Shown here piece by piece: positions 1-13,900 of a stretch of 64,000 nt of DNA. This DNA comes from Rhizophagus irregularis. Lineage: Eukaryota. The DNA is taken from contig NC_089435.1 in the NCBI RefSeq assembly GCF_026210795.1, positions 3,968,001-4,032,000 on the forward strand, in the 5' to 3' direction. Positions within the stretch are counted from its first letter, which is position 1. Each line of letters opens with the position of its first letter. A model generated the notes under the pieces. It was given only the letters and a program-made list of their open reading frames with translations. It ran no database searches and was not told the origin of the DNA. The translations under genes were made by a program, and so were the position numbers.

Positions 1-1
1 T

Positions 2-238
2 CGCAAGAAATCGTTCATATACAAAAAATATGTAAGTCTTTTGCATGAAATTTGTCAAGCAAAAAAATGGGAGAAGCCTACTTACAATATTGAAGATGTT
101 GAAGGTGGATTTAAATGTAGTATTCGAGGAAAGGATTTTAATTTTATGTCAAACAAGATATGTTACACAAAATCAAATGCGATGGAAGAAGCTGCGAGAA
201 TGGCTTATCGATTTTTCGGTAAGGAGCGAACTAATTAA
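2..238 (+). CDS. 3' end of a gene with a C-terminal double-stranded RNA-binding motif (5' part outside the window)
   Basis: Open frame from base 2: YVSLLHEICQAKKWEKPTY...GGFKCSI...TKSNAMEEAARMAY matches the dsRBD pattern (L-x-E-x-C-Q...P-x-Y...F-x-C...K-x-x-A-x-x-x-A-A). Confidence 0.7.
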   Translation, partial: RKKSFIYKKYVSLLHEICQAKKWEKPTYNIEDVEGGFKCSIRGKDFNFMSNKICYTKSNAMEEAARMAYRFFGKERTN

Positions 239-1831
239 ATATTAAACAAATTAATAGAACCCATTATAAATTATTAAACTCATAAATTATTTGGCAAATA
301 AACAATAAAGACGAACTGGACATAATAATTCATTATTCATGAAGTTGATGCTGAAGAATGTGAAAAAGAAATAATGTTTATATAGTATTTGGGAATGACA
401 TTGCGTCACACCACTTCGCTCTAGCAAAACCGTGAGATGGATCTGCATATGGATATTGTGAAAAATCAGAATTAGTATTGTGACATTTTACAAACAATCG
501 TTTAAATTAAATGTCTTTTACGAACATATTGAAAGATTTTTTATTTTCAAAGAATATCTTCATATTTATTGTTAAAAAGTATAGAAAAATAAGAAAATTT
601 GATATTTATTAAAGAGTATTGCTATTTGCTAAGTGGTGATTGTCACAATTCTGCCAAAATTATAATTCGGTCGGAGTTAAAATACTTGTTAAAAATTTAA
701 AAAAATTTTTAAATTGTAAATACATTGAAATTTGAAAATTTTTAATAAAAGAAGTAAAAATTGTAATTTACTTATATAAAAATTATAAGAAAACCCCATT
801 TTTCTTGTAAATTTACATTTATTAAAATTTAATCAATAAAGATCAAATAAATTAATTTAAATATCTGGAGTCTTTACAATAAAAAGAGATAAGGCTGTCA
901 GAAAAAGTTAAATTTATGTTTATATGTCAAATATGATTTTTAGGTTTGAATAAATCCAGATTTAACATTAATTCATTTTTTATTTTCCTAGCAGTTTTAT
1001 CCTTTTCTACTGCAAAGATCCCAATTTTGTAAGTATCTAGATTTGAATTTTTAAATGGAAGTAAATGTGGTAATTATTTGCTTTTATATTCTTAAAGAAA
1101 ATTTTGCAATTTTTCATTTATTGTCATACAATCAAAGATGTTTATATTACATGAAATTAAAATTCTTTGCTATTTTGAAATTATACTATTTTAAAAATAA
1201 TATAAAGAAAAAGAAATTTCTTATCCTCTTGAATTTAATATATTAAAATAACATCATTAATTCATCATTATAAAATATTTTAAAATACTTATTAAATATT
1301 TATTAATAGAAAATATTCAAATAAAAATAATGTAACTTTTGATAAAAAAAAAAAGTTCTTAAAATTATGGTTGATTTTATATAATTTATACTACTATTTA
1401 TTATTTCTATAATTTAAAAACTTAAAATTTTGTATACTAGTCTTTAAATTATAATTTATAGATAATTTTACCTGTTCTATAAATTTACTTAATATTTTAA
1501 AAAAGGTAAAAAATATTATTTAAGAAATATCAAATTTTACTTAAGTTAAAAAATAAATTTACTTTAAAAAAAAATATTTTTTATTTTATTGGAACTCTTT
1601 CTAACAATCATTATATCCATTTTTTTTAGTAAAAAATAATTTTATTTTTTATATAATTTTATAGCTTAAAAATGACATTTAATAAAAAAGATTTGAGTAT
1701 AGTAAAGTTAAATAATTTACTCAATATAAAAAAATACAGAAAGATTCTTTTATAATATACTATTGCTACCTTTAAAAGACTTCAATAAACACATTCAACT
1801 ACTATTAACAAATATATTAAGAATGTCTTAC

Positions 1832-2057
1832 CAGGACTCCGCCTACTACTAAAATATGTTACCAGTAGAATTTCACTTTCATATGAAACCTTACCTTAGG
1901 ATTTGCTTAAATTCTATTGGTTAATTGACTAAAAAGGAAAAAAATAATAACAATGTAACATAAAATTTCATTTTATAGTAGGATCTTCAAAAAGTTTTAT
2001 ATTTAAACCTTACCTTAAGTCACAAGATAACCTATCTTAATAGTAGGCGGGTTTCTA
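1832..2057. mobile_element. MITE with CAGGACTCCG-type TIRs and 6-bp TSD
   Basis: TIR caggactccgcctactactaa / ttaatagtaggcgggtttcta; TSD tcttac on both sides; same family as 36855-37078 and 38306-38531. Confidence 0.85.
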
Positions 2058-2142
2058 TCTTACCACCTGTAAAATATAAAAGTTTCAGTAAAATGATAAA
2101 ATTCTATAAGGACAAATTTAAGGAACTTGGTATCATAAATGA

Positions 2143-2319
2143 TATACATGCTGCTCAAATTATTTTGGAATACCATAATTATAATTTGGGATGTCATAAT
2201 TCATTCAGTTTATATATAATTTATTATATAAAATGCCAAAATAATTTGGGATGTCATAATTGAATTTTGGATTTTACTTATAATTACAGCAGCCCAAAAT
2301 AATTTTGATGGCATGTATA
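2143..2319. mobile_element. hAT-like MITE (TATACATG termini)
   Basis: Inverted copy of 31493-31659; 8-bp TSD ataaatga/ataaataa (1 mismatch). Confidence 0.8.
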
Positions 2320-3526
2320 ATAAATAATACTTACTTCACCTACCTGTTATTTATTATCTCCACTTTTAAAGATTACAAAACAGTTATAAAAGAAAAAACT
2401 CATTGCTAAGAACAGTTGATATCAATAAAACTCACTTAGTACTCTGAATAAATTGAGTCAAGTTGAGTTATATGTAAACTTAATTCAATTTGTGTTAAAT
2501 CAAATTGAATTGAGTTGAGTTAAAATTATAAAAATATAAACTTAACTCAATTTAAATTGAATTAGCCAGTTAAACTGAATTGAGTTGAATCAAGTGCCAA
2601 TTAAACTGAGTTAAATCAAGTTAAGTTAAATCACTTAATTTTCTTCAGCTATACTAATTATTTTCTTTTTTGGTAATAGCTATTTTACAAAAATCCGCTT
2701 TTGTAAATTTTAAAGATTTTTCATTTTGAATTTTATATAACATAATTTCTAAAAAAGAAAATTCTATAATTTTCAATTTAACAGAATCCCAGATATTATA
2801 TATACAACTCAGAGAGTAACTTTTTAGCAAATTGGCCTAAATTTTTTTTAAAAAAAATCACAGTTTTTGTGATTATCTTAGCATTCAGTGATCCAATTTA
2901 TGTGAATTTTTTTTGTTTTGTAGTTCTCATTAAGCTTTACAAAATAAAAAAAATTTGCATAAATCAGATCACTGAATGCTGAGATAATCGCAAAAAATTG
3001 AAAATAAAAAAATAGCAAATTGGATTTTTTTTTGGCAAAAAGTTAGTTGTAAGTTCTATAAGAGATGTTCAAGATCCTAATTTGACTCAATTTTATTAAA
3101 TTATTAACTTAATGCAACTTGATTCAATTTGATTGTAATTTTTCAATTTGACTTGATTTGACTTGACCAACTTGTAAATTAACTTAACCCATTTCAAAGC
3201 ATTAAACCTACTGGCAATGATATGCCTGTATCAGATTAAATGACTTTGGTAGAAATAGAAATTTTGGAAAATACCAATCAACAAATATATAACTGTTTTC
3301 TTCAACAAAGAATTCTGCTAAAAATTCTTTAAAAGGAAAATAATGTACAATTACCTTTGTAGAAATGGTTTTTATATAGACAGTAATTGTAATACCTTTT
3401 TAGCTCTTTTTAGTAATAAAATTGAATTGAATGTAAACAAATATATATATCAGATAGCAAGACTCAACCAGCTAAAAAAATAATAATATACTTTATTAAA
3501 ATAAATTATATCAGTTATGACTGGAT

Positions 3527-4136
3527 TATACATGAAACTGAAATTGGTTAATTTTGACCTCCGAAATGGTCAAAATGGTCGAAATGATTTTGACTTGAGC
3601 CCCTCCAAAAGTCAAAATGGTCGAAATTATGTCATAGTCATATAATTTTATAGTAAACAATAATATTAAAATTCAAAGTTAACGAACTCCGCATCCAGTG
3701 ATTCGATTTTTATGATCTTTACACAGTTAGATTCAGCTCATCGAGAGGATTCCAATGATATGTATTTCATATTTGTAGCATTAATATTGACGGAGTTATT
3801 CACGTTTAAAATTTGGTATTAAATAGTCTTATAATTTTTATAGTAAACAATAATTTTAAAATTCAAAGTTAACGATCTCTGCATCCAGTGATTCGATTTT
3901 TATGATCTTTACGCGGTTGGATTCAGCTCATCGAGAGGATTCCAATGATATGTATTTCATATCTGTAGCATCAATATTGACGGAGTTATTCACGTTTAAA
4001 ATTTTATATTAAATTATAATTATAAAAATCACATGACTATGATGTAATTTCGACCATTTCGACTTTAATTTCGACTTTTGACCTTCCCAAGTCGAAATAT
4101 TTCTACTTTTGGGCTTTAATTTCGACTTCATATATA
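3527..4136. mobile_element. Non-autonomous hAT-like element with an internal ~186-bp tandem duplication
   Basis: Termini tatacatgaa / ttcatatata; perfect 8-bp TSD gactggat; gtcgaaa subterminal motifs. Confidence 0.85.
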
Positions 4137-5790
4137 GACTGGATATGAATCAGTATTAAAGGATAATATCTGCAAATAACTTTATATAACATCCTTTCTA
4201 TTTGATTTCAACTTGATATTCTTTTGCATATTAAAAAATGAGATAACGTGATTGCTATAAAGATTAAGAGTCAGAAAAAATATGCAACAATTACAATTTC
4301 AATTGATTTTAACAAATAGGCAATAAAGTTATAAAATCAAGGAATTTGAACTGTTTCTTTAAAAAGTCTTTCTATCAATTGATATTCAGCTAACTGAAAT
4401 CTTTAACAATAAAAAGAATTTGAACAATTTTAAACAATGGTTAAAAATGTATTTGAAATTATAACCATCTCAATACTATATCTTTTAGATTCTTTCCAAT
4501 CATTAATTAATTTTCTATACAGAATGTAAAACTTTTAAGTTAGTTTAAAAAAAAAATATTCACAAACTAATCGTATACTATAAAAGTTGGGCTGATTTGA
4601 ATAGAATCAATAGTATACTTACTTTATAAGAATATAAAGGTATTTGAAAATAATATTTTTTTTTAGGTTATAATAAACTAATAAAAAGTGATCATAACTA
4701 GTGTTCTACACAAATCAAATCAGATCAAATTAATTCAAATTTGTTTGATTCAGTCAAATCAAATTTAAAAATTTTAAATCAAATTATTTAAACTTGATTC
4801 AAAATTTGATTTGATTTAATTTGATTTAGATTTGATTTGATTCAAATCAAATAAAGTTTGATAAGTTTTAGATTTGAATTAATTTGATTTGATTTAATTT
4901 GAGATTTGATTCAATATAAAAATTAATTCAATTTGACGAATTGATTTGATTTGATTTAATTTAACAATTTGAATAATTTGCTTATTATCCTATTTAAATA
5001 AATATAGTAAAAATTATCAAATACTTAATATTAGTAATAATACACTTATACTATATCATATTTATATAACTATCAAATATTCTTTTTATGTTATACCTTT
5101 TTTTTTTAGAAATGAAAATGATATTTTTTATTGTTAAATTTATTATTTTGACAGACAACTTTATTTTAAGTTTGAACTGTATATGTAATAGCATGGTTAA
5201 GTACCTCATATAGGTAATTTTTCATGAAATTAAATTTTGAGTTTAAGAAGAGATCAAAACTAAATTATTGAGTTGATAAATGATCATAATTGAAATTTGC
5301 AATAATCATATTATAAACAAGCTTATATATAATATATAAAGTTAGAAATTACAATATCTTTAAAAGAAACAATAATAAAAATAAAATACCTAACACAACT
5401 TATCTATTGTTTCAACAATATTTTTTGTAAAAAATTCAGGTACATTCTGATCTTTAGAGATCAAATTAAATTAGCCTTTTTTTGATATTTTAAGTGATGA
5501 GTTGACTTTAATGACTTCTTGCATTTTCTGTTACTGTTTTTTTTTATTCTTATTATATCTATATAATATATATTAGTTAGCTAATAATATTTTTTTTTTC
5601 TTTGTAAAGGCATGATTATGATTATTGATAATAATGTTGAAGTAATACAATATATTTACAAGTAAAATAAAATAAAGTATTCTAAATAAATTTAATTTCA
5701 GAAGGAAAAGACCGACCTGTCACCTTGAGGTCAAAGGTAACATGTCATGAAAGACCTAAAAATTTGACCAGTGACTTCTTGCATGTAAAC

Positions 5791-6961
5791 TAGGACCCTG
5801 AACATTATATATATAACTTAGATCTAAGGTCAAAAATTTTAATATAACTTTATACACTTAATTTTATTAAAAGCTTTATACAAAATCATCATATAAGTTC
5901 AAATTTTACTTCAAATTATACAATTTCAAATCTGAGTTTATATAAAACAAAAATTATTTTATTTATTAAATTTATGTAATTATTTCAATAATGATTTATC
6001 AATTCAAAAATTCATAATTTAAAAAAAATTTTTAAAAAACTTACTTATCATAATTCAAAAATTAGTACTGTTGTGAAAAATACAAATGTTTCCACAAGTA
6101 TTATACTAATGATTACGAAAATTTAAATCTAGGTAGTTTCGAACCTGCTGAACAACTTTCAATTAATAAAGATAGTCGATTTCATTTGATAAAGGTGCCG
6201 AAATTACACTCTGAAGTACTGATCAGATGATTAAAAAAAAATTAAAAGTGCGAAAATTGCTCGTATTCCATAAGCATTACTCTGATTACTATAAATATTT
6301 AGGTGTAGGTAATTCTGACCTCCGTGAACAATTTTCTCTTAATAAAGGAAGTCGATTTCATTTGACTAAAATGCCGTAATTACGCTCCAAAATTAATAAA
6401 TGAAAAAAGCAAATTTAAAATTAATATAATTATAAAAATATGCGCGTACTCCATAATTATTATTCCAATTACTATGAAAATTTAGATTCGAGTAGTTTTG
6501 GCATCGTTAAACAACATTTTCTTAATAAAGAAAGTCGATTTCATTTGGCTAAAATGGTAAAATTACACTCCAAAGTTTGACGAAAGTAAAAAGAAAAAAT
6601 TTAGGAATAAATGTATTATGAATTATATAAAATACCCATATCTTCACAAAATACAGGTAATAAAAACTGTGACAAAAGTATTTAATATGTGCTAATTTGT
6701 AAATTTACAAAGTTTTTAAAATTTTTTTAAAGAAAAATTTTTTATATACGTATATATTATAATTTATTTACACAAGTATCATTATACAAAATAAAAATCT
6801 CACTTGATTTAAAGATTATCACTGTTATACAAATACATATCTGATTTACCGAAAAATTACTAACAGGCTATACAAAATCAAACATATGACTTATTGGAAA
6901 ATTATATAATAAGTTTATACAAAACTGGATCCCAATGTTATATGTATTGTTTGGGGTCCTT
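5791..6961. mobile_element. Non-autonomous TIR element with 6-bp TSD and three internal ~180-bp repeats
   Basis: TIR taggaccctgaaca / tgtttggggtcctt; TSD gtaaac; terminal regions shared with 32706-33823. Confidence 0.85.
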
Positions 6962-7211
6962 GTAAACTGTATTTTTCTTTCTAACTACTGTTAGCTACAT
7001 GTAAATACTGTCAGGTGTAAAATGATGAAACAGGAAAAATATAAAGTTAATTCTATCTAAAAGATAAAAGAAATAATAATTGACATACAAAAAACACTTT
7101 AAGTGTAAACTCTTAATAATTAACCATTATACAATTTACGATTATTACATTTATTACATTTAGATTGATGTTTAGAATCCTTACATCTTTTCAACATTTG
7201 TAATGATTTAT

Positions 7212-7351
7212 TGGGAGTCTTTATAAAAAACGTGATTGAGATTGAGATTGAGATTTCATATAGAATTTTCAATCTTAATATGTTAGTAAGATTGAAATTC
7301 TATACTAAATTTCAATCTCAATTTCAATCACGTTTTTTGTGAAAACTCCCA
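7212..7351. mobile_element. Fold-back MITE (TG...CA, possible 4-bp TSD ttat)
   Basis: Near-perfect 140-bp palindrome tgggagt...actccca flanked by ttat on both sides. Confidence 0.65.
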
Positions 7352-7899
7352 TTATACCATTGATTTATAAGATTCATATCATATATGATATCATTTCTAC
7401 TGCATTTACTATATCTATGATCTGTAAATGCTCCACAGGTCAAAATGCTAAAAATTGGCAAAAAAAATGGTATGAAAAGCAATGGCTATTCATGGCTATT
7501 CATGGCTATTTTTGGCTGTTTTTGGCTGTTTTTGGCTATTTGTGAATTAACCTATACTATTTGTAAATAGTTTATACAAATTTGCGAATAGTTTATGCAA
7601 TTCGCACCATTTTTTTGCCTGTTTTTAGTCATTTGATGTATGCTCGTATCATGGCGAAATCATCTTCATCAAAAGTATGATTGAGAAAGATATTTTCAGT
7701 TAATTCATTATAAGCACTATGACTATTCACTTTACTATATAGAAGCGCAAGGTCACTTGATTTAATATACTGTTCTGTTAAGATAGCAACTGTAGGTTTC
7801 TAAATATAATGTGACAGTCAAAAATGAGTTATTATTTTACCATTATTAAGAAACTTCCATTTATTCATATTATTTTTAATCCCTCTGATTTTATGTTTA

Positions 7900-8780
7900 G
7901 CAAATAACTCCGCTTTTTTAGTCCCAGGAGTTAATTCTGCTTCTTTATAATCTTTATAAATCACTCGATAATTAACTGATTTCTTATATTTAAGGCTAGG
8001 TCATTCATAAGATTTTCTACCTCAAAGGCAAGAAATTTGCTTTGTTGGCGTGTGAGACTTTTCTTTAAAAATACTTTTTCCAATGGAACTTTAGGTGGTT
8101 TCTGTATTACCTCCTTTTTATACTTTCAACATATTCTTCTATCTTTAAATGCAAACAAATATTATATGGTACATAAAATCTAAAATACCAAGTAGATTGT
8201 CTAACTAAAAACCATATATAGGTGGTTGTTTTATTATTTCTAGATGATTCTGATGACAACCAATTAACTATCAATTGATATTTTTTCAGTAATAAAAACC
8301 TTATTCTATTAAAGTATTTAGTTTTCATCCCTTTAAATAATGGTAATGTAAGTATTACTGCAATTAGATATTTGAATATACAAAATTTAACATTTGCATT
8401 TTTCCTGTCACTAGTAATTTCATATGGAGATTTATATTTCTCTATAATCATACTTGTAACTGCGTGTTATCTTTTTTTAAAGAGTTAAAATCTAATAAGG
8501 CGTATGACATGCCTTTATAAGTATTATATAACACATTAGCACCAGTCATCTGTTTAAGTTTTTCAGCCTTTAGATATATAATATTGATGGATAATCTCTT
8601 TTTCATGCCGATCATTTTGGGCAATATTAACATCAAAAATGAAGGAAAATTGAATAACTTATATGTTAAAAGTTATAAAAGTTGTTATTAACTATGTTAA
8701 TAAATATATTTCTGATATCTTCGTTCAGTCAACTTATCGGTATAAGTGAGCCAAGCCTTGCTGTAAATTAACAAAATACC
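7900..8780 (-). pseudogene. Degraded coding remnant, possibly non-LTR retrotransposon ORF1 to endonuclease start
   Basis: Broken intronless frames (e.g. KLKQMTGANVLYNTYKGMSYALLDF) with many stops; family call is by resemblance only. Confidence 0.3.
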
Positions 8781-9652
8781 TATAACGTGGTGAGTTTAAT
8801 ACTACTACCAAGTCAGCAAAATAAAAGAAAGAAACTAATATTTCCTCAAAAAATCCCAGGTTTTTTCTGAATATTATAGACAATAAGTCAAAAGTTCTAT
8901 TTTTACAAGCAAAAATGTATTTTTTCTTATGTAATTTAGTGACAAAGTCACTTTTTGTAAAATTATTTTTTGAAAAATTTTTTGGATGTGGGATTTACCA
9001 GAAAGAATTTATTGGTCTAATTTAGCTAATATTATTAGATAAATAAAGGATAAATAAATAAACTTTAAATAATCTTGCTGATTATTTTTCTTGCATCTAA
9101 TAGATAAAGACAGTGTTGATAACAAGAATATCTTGATAGAGTTCAGTTTTATCATTAAAGAAGCTATCTTGAAGAGTCTTGCACCATTAAATTTAAGAAA
9201 GTATTTAATAAGATCATATGTGAATTGACGTAATTAGGCCCATATAAGGTGAATACGAATTTCTGGAACTATTCTGTGAACGCATTCATTAGTATAATTT
9301 GCAAGCCAGATCTTTTGAAGTTGATGCCACTTCTAATGTCTGAGATGAGTTCAGTTTGTGTTGAGAATATTTGGTAAGAAGGAATTATTATTGCTACTTA
9401 AGATCTTTCTTCTGTTTTACACTTGAAACTTATGTGTAAATGTAACTTTTTTGCATAATAAAGAAGAAGGTGGTGGTGGTGGAACTCACAATATTTGAGA
9501 CATCATAAAGTCACACACCACTAAATGCCGTTATTTTACCATTCGCAAGCTTAGAATGAAGTATACAAGAGGAAACATCAAGGATGGAAGAAGTCTGAGT
9601 GGCAGTAACAAACATTAAATGAAAAAAAAAACAAATATTTTGCAAAAGATTA

Positions 9653-10053
9653 CCGTATTCTTCTGTTTTTAAGCACCACCTTTTTAGGAGAAAATTTTTG
9701 TAAAAGTTTAGGGTGGTACTTAAAATCAGAAGTTTTTTTTTTTACACTTTTTTTTTGCGCTTTTAGTTATTTTTGTAATGCAATGGATGGGTAAGAAGAT
9801 GATTTGTTTGGCAAGATGAAAAAGAGGAGGAAATTGATGAAAATGAAAGGGAAATTGTAGATATAGATAGTGATTCAGCTGATGAATTAGCTGAATTGTA
9901 AAATGATGCATCATAAAAATAAAATTTATTTTGAATAAAATATAAAAAAATTTTCAAATTTGAGGTGGTGCTTATTTTTGTTTTTCAAGTTTTTTTGGCA
10001 AAAGTTGAGGTGGTGCTTAAATTCGGGTGGTGCTTAAAAACGGAAGAATACGG
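9653..10053. mobile_element. Tc1/mariner (pogo/Tigger-type) MITE
   Basis: TIR ccgtattcttctgtttttaagcaccacc / ggtggtgcttaaaaacggaagaatacgg; TA TSD. Confidence 0.85.
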
Positions 10054-10939
10054 TAATTGAATTCACTTTTTGAAAGATAGAAATTAAATAAATAATCAGG
10101 GTTAATCAAATTTATTAGTTATTTCTAAAAGCATGGTGTTACAATGGTTAATATTACTGGTTAATTAAGATAAATCTTAGAGTATCTTAATTTATTATCT
10201 GTTGAGATAAAGCTCTACAAATTTGGGCCAATAATATGAAAATCATCTGAGTTTAAATGCTTATAACTTTCTATGTAGATATTTTTTTTGGAAATCTGGC
10301 CAGTGATTTAATAGTATTCATCATGAAGAATAAATTTATTATTTTTAATGTATTTGAAGTGTTACAATTATTGTCTAGTATAGATATAGTATAAGGTTGA
10401 CCTTTCATATTTTGTATCATACCCCGACAAAAAATTTTTTTTTTTAATATAAAAAATTATCTACGTGAGACATCTTCCCGATTTATAATTTTTCAGTGAA
10501 TTTATCCAGTCAAATATTAATAGAACAAAATGAAATGAAAGAATTGGTCAGCGAAACCAAGAAAGAATAGATGATTTAAAATACCCTGGTTATTAAGATG
10601 AGAGCTGATAGAAGAATCATCAAAAAAAAATTGGATATTAAAATCCATCTTACTAAGAGAGGAATATCAGGACACAGAAACATAAAGAAAATTAATTAAC
10701 ATGGCTCGTTTTTTATAACTAGATTGTTGGTTAATCTTATGGTTTCGATTAAATGATTTATTTCGCGACAAATGAAATAATGTATGCACAACTTTAACAT
10801 CAAAGGTTTAAATTATGTTTGGCGTTCGAGTTGTTTTATTAAAAATTAAGCAACAAAAGGGCGATTTTAATAAATTAGTTTATTACAAAATTATTATGTT
10901 TATCTTTATTTAAGAACAACAAATGAAGCCAGAAAGAAG

Positions 10940-13900
10940 TTAAAAATACTAAAGAAAAGAACAAAAGTTTATTTAGTGACATAAAAAAGTTAATGAAAAC
11001 GAAAATTTCTTATCACTTACCAAACTTTTAGCAAATACAATGTCACGTTTAATACGTTGTTGAGCTTCTTCCATTTTATTAAATAATGAAGAATCCCCAA
11101 TAATTCTAGCGGCACTTTTAACTTCTCTGCAAGTTTCATCTAATCTTGTAATGCATCTTACGATAGATCCTTCTGATACATCAGTTAATTCTTTAATCTT
11201 TATAAATTCCTAATGATTAAAAATCAAAGGTTAATATAAAAGTTATGATGTTTATTATGTTTGTGTGATAAAATCATTAATTATTACCGTTTTTTTAGCC
11301 CATTCATGAACAACTTCAACAAGTCCATATTTTATATGCTTATGTCTAATATTTTTAATTTCATCATCGACATCTTTAGAATTTTTAGGATCTTTAGGAT
11401 CTTTAGGATTTTTAGGATCCCTAGGATCTCTAAAATTTTTAGAATCTTTAGGATCTTTAGAATTTCTATCATTAAAATCTCTAAAATCTTCGTCTTCAGA
11501 AGGGGAAATGCCAAATTCAAGCTGTACATTATCAACACGACATGCAATATCATATATAGTTTTTAATCCCTATAAATTAATTTAATTGTATTATTATTCT
11601 AAAATTGTATGATATTATAATTAACTTTATCATAATACATACTTTCTTTAACCTTGGTGTAAGGTTTGGCGGGGCAACACTTTTATTTTTCTCTTGGAAT
11701 ATGAAACATGATAACAAAGCAACAATCTCCTCAGCTTCATAATCTGCTAAAACATTTTCAAATATTAATTCGGTAACAATCAATTCGTCGGCTGAATTGA
11801 TCTAAGTTAATTAATTAGACATGTTAATATATTTATTCTCTATATTCAACTATAACGTTAGAAATGATATGATTTTACCCCACATGCAACACGTCCTTTT
11901 AGCTGTAAGATACGATCCTCATCAATATAATTGAGTTTTTGTAATACACCTATTCTTTGTTCAAAATCCGGGTATAATTCTAGATTTTGTTCTGATATAG
12001 TATTTTTTAAATCATCCAAGTTTCTTTTAAGTAATCGTTCTTTATGTATATTTTTATACTTAAAACATAAAAATAAAATAAACCAAAATAAAATAAAAAT
12101 AAGTAAAATGAGATATTAAACCCATAAAACAATATAATATAATATACAATATTATTTACATGTTCAATAAACTCTGTACACATTATACACTGAAATAAAA
12201 TTAATTTTTCCATTAACTTATCTCTTTCTTCCAAGTTAATTCTAAAATCCAACTCAGATATTCTTGACCAATCATATTCAATTATTCTGCCTATAGAAAT
12301 TCATTAAAAGTTAATTCCAATACAAGTTGAATTTTGTAAAAATGTGATCTTTTCTTACCTTTTTGTGTTGTATCTGCATACCGCAATAACTCTTGAGATA
12401 TTCTAGAAATTTCACCTTTATCACCCTTATCAATATTATCGGAGTTTATCTATAATTTAAATTTATATTTAAGTAAGTAATATCACAATATGAAATGATA
12501 AATAGCAGAGCATACTTTGATAGAAGATTTCGTTATAAAAGCAATATCTCTGTAAGGTATAGAATCTATTTTGTGTGTATATGAATTTGGATTAGGAATA
12601 GATAACTTTGTGACAGGAAGCGGTGAACTCTCTAGTTGGATAATAGGATACGAATTTATTCAATTAGGGTTTAGTTAAATCTTAAAATTACTTAGATAAA
12701 TAGAAGGCTAACCTCGTTCAGACATGTTGTTATCCTTGTCTAAAAGCGTAAAGACTTTATATGTTTTGTCATCAGGAACAATTTTAGAGCCTGCTGATGC
12801 CAAAAGAGTCTTATTTTTAGGTGGTTGCCTCAATATAACAGCCGCTACATTCCTATAAGCCTATATGACCATTGATAGACATATTATATATATTCACGTA
12901 CAATTTATGCGTTAAAATATATGGAAATAAATTAACTTACGCCGTTATTAATAATAACTATTCTTCCCGGACTTAAAGCTTTATATACTAGGTGCGAATT
13001 GGACGAATTCATGAGTTTATTATAAAGAGAAGAAGTCAATCTAACAATATCCGCCGAAACATCATAATAATCATTTATATCTCGAGTACATATAGAGCAT
13101 TCAAGTTTTTGAAATGTGCTAAGCCTGTTTTCACTCTGCCATTTTAACATATTTGTAAGTCAACATAATATTTGCATAATGAATAAGAGAATAACTACTA
13201 TTGATAAACTCACTTCCGCAAAACTTTTTTCATGCATCGGCAACATTTTCTGACTTTTATTCTCAGAAAAACTTCGTTTAATCATGTCTTCAACTTGCAA
13301 GGCCTCAACACGTAATAAATTAAGTATCATATTATAAGTGAGACGAAATTTGGACTCCAATTTCGTAGGCTTACCCAATATCATCTCATCAAGTAAAGAT
13401 GGCTGTGAAAAAAAATATATTAAAATTTGCATTAATTTAGATTGTTATTAAAACAAATAATAGATTTTCTACCCACATTAGGAACTTCGCCATTTTTAGG
13501 AGTAATAATGACATAACCAAATTTATCTATATCACGTCTTCCCGCTCGTCCAGACATTTGTGTATATTCTCCCGGCAACAAATCACGAAAATTTTTTCCA
13601 TCATGTTTTCTTATTTCAGAAAATACAACTGTACGTGCCGGCATATTTATACCCTATCGAGTTAAAATGTTTTAAACAGCGTAAAGCAAAATTGCAATCT
13701 TTTTTTTGAAAAGAATTCAAGTTACCATAGCGAAAGTTTCTGTGGCAAAAAGAACTTTAACCAGCTTTCTTCCAAATAGGATCTCTACCATCTATTTTAA
13801 GTAGACTATATTTATTAAATCTTCCTTCAATTACTAATAGTAAGCATCTTTACAATACTAACCTCTTTAATGATTGGAAGTAATCCACCATGATGTACAG

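Noticed and set aside
11261..11566. FRI/ILK repeat ORFs
   Set aside because: Alternative frames of the Ski2 9-bp repeat exon.
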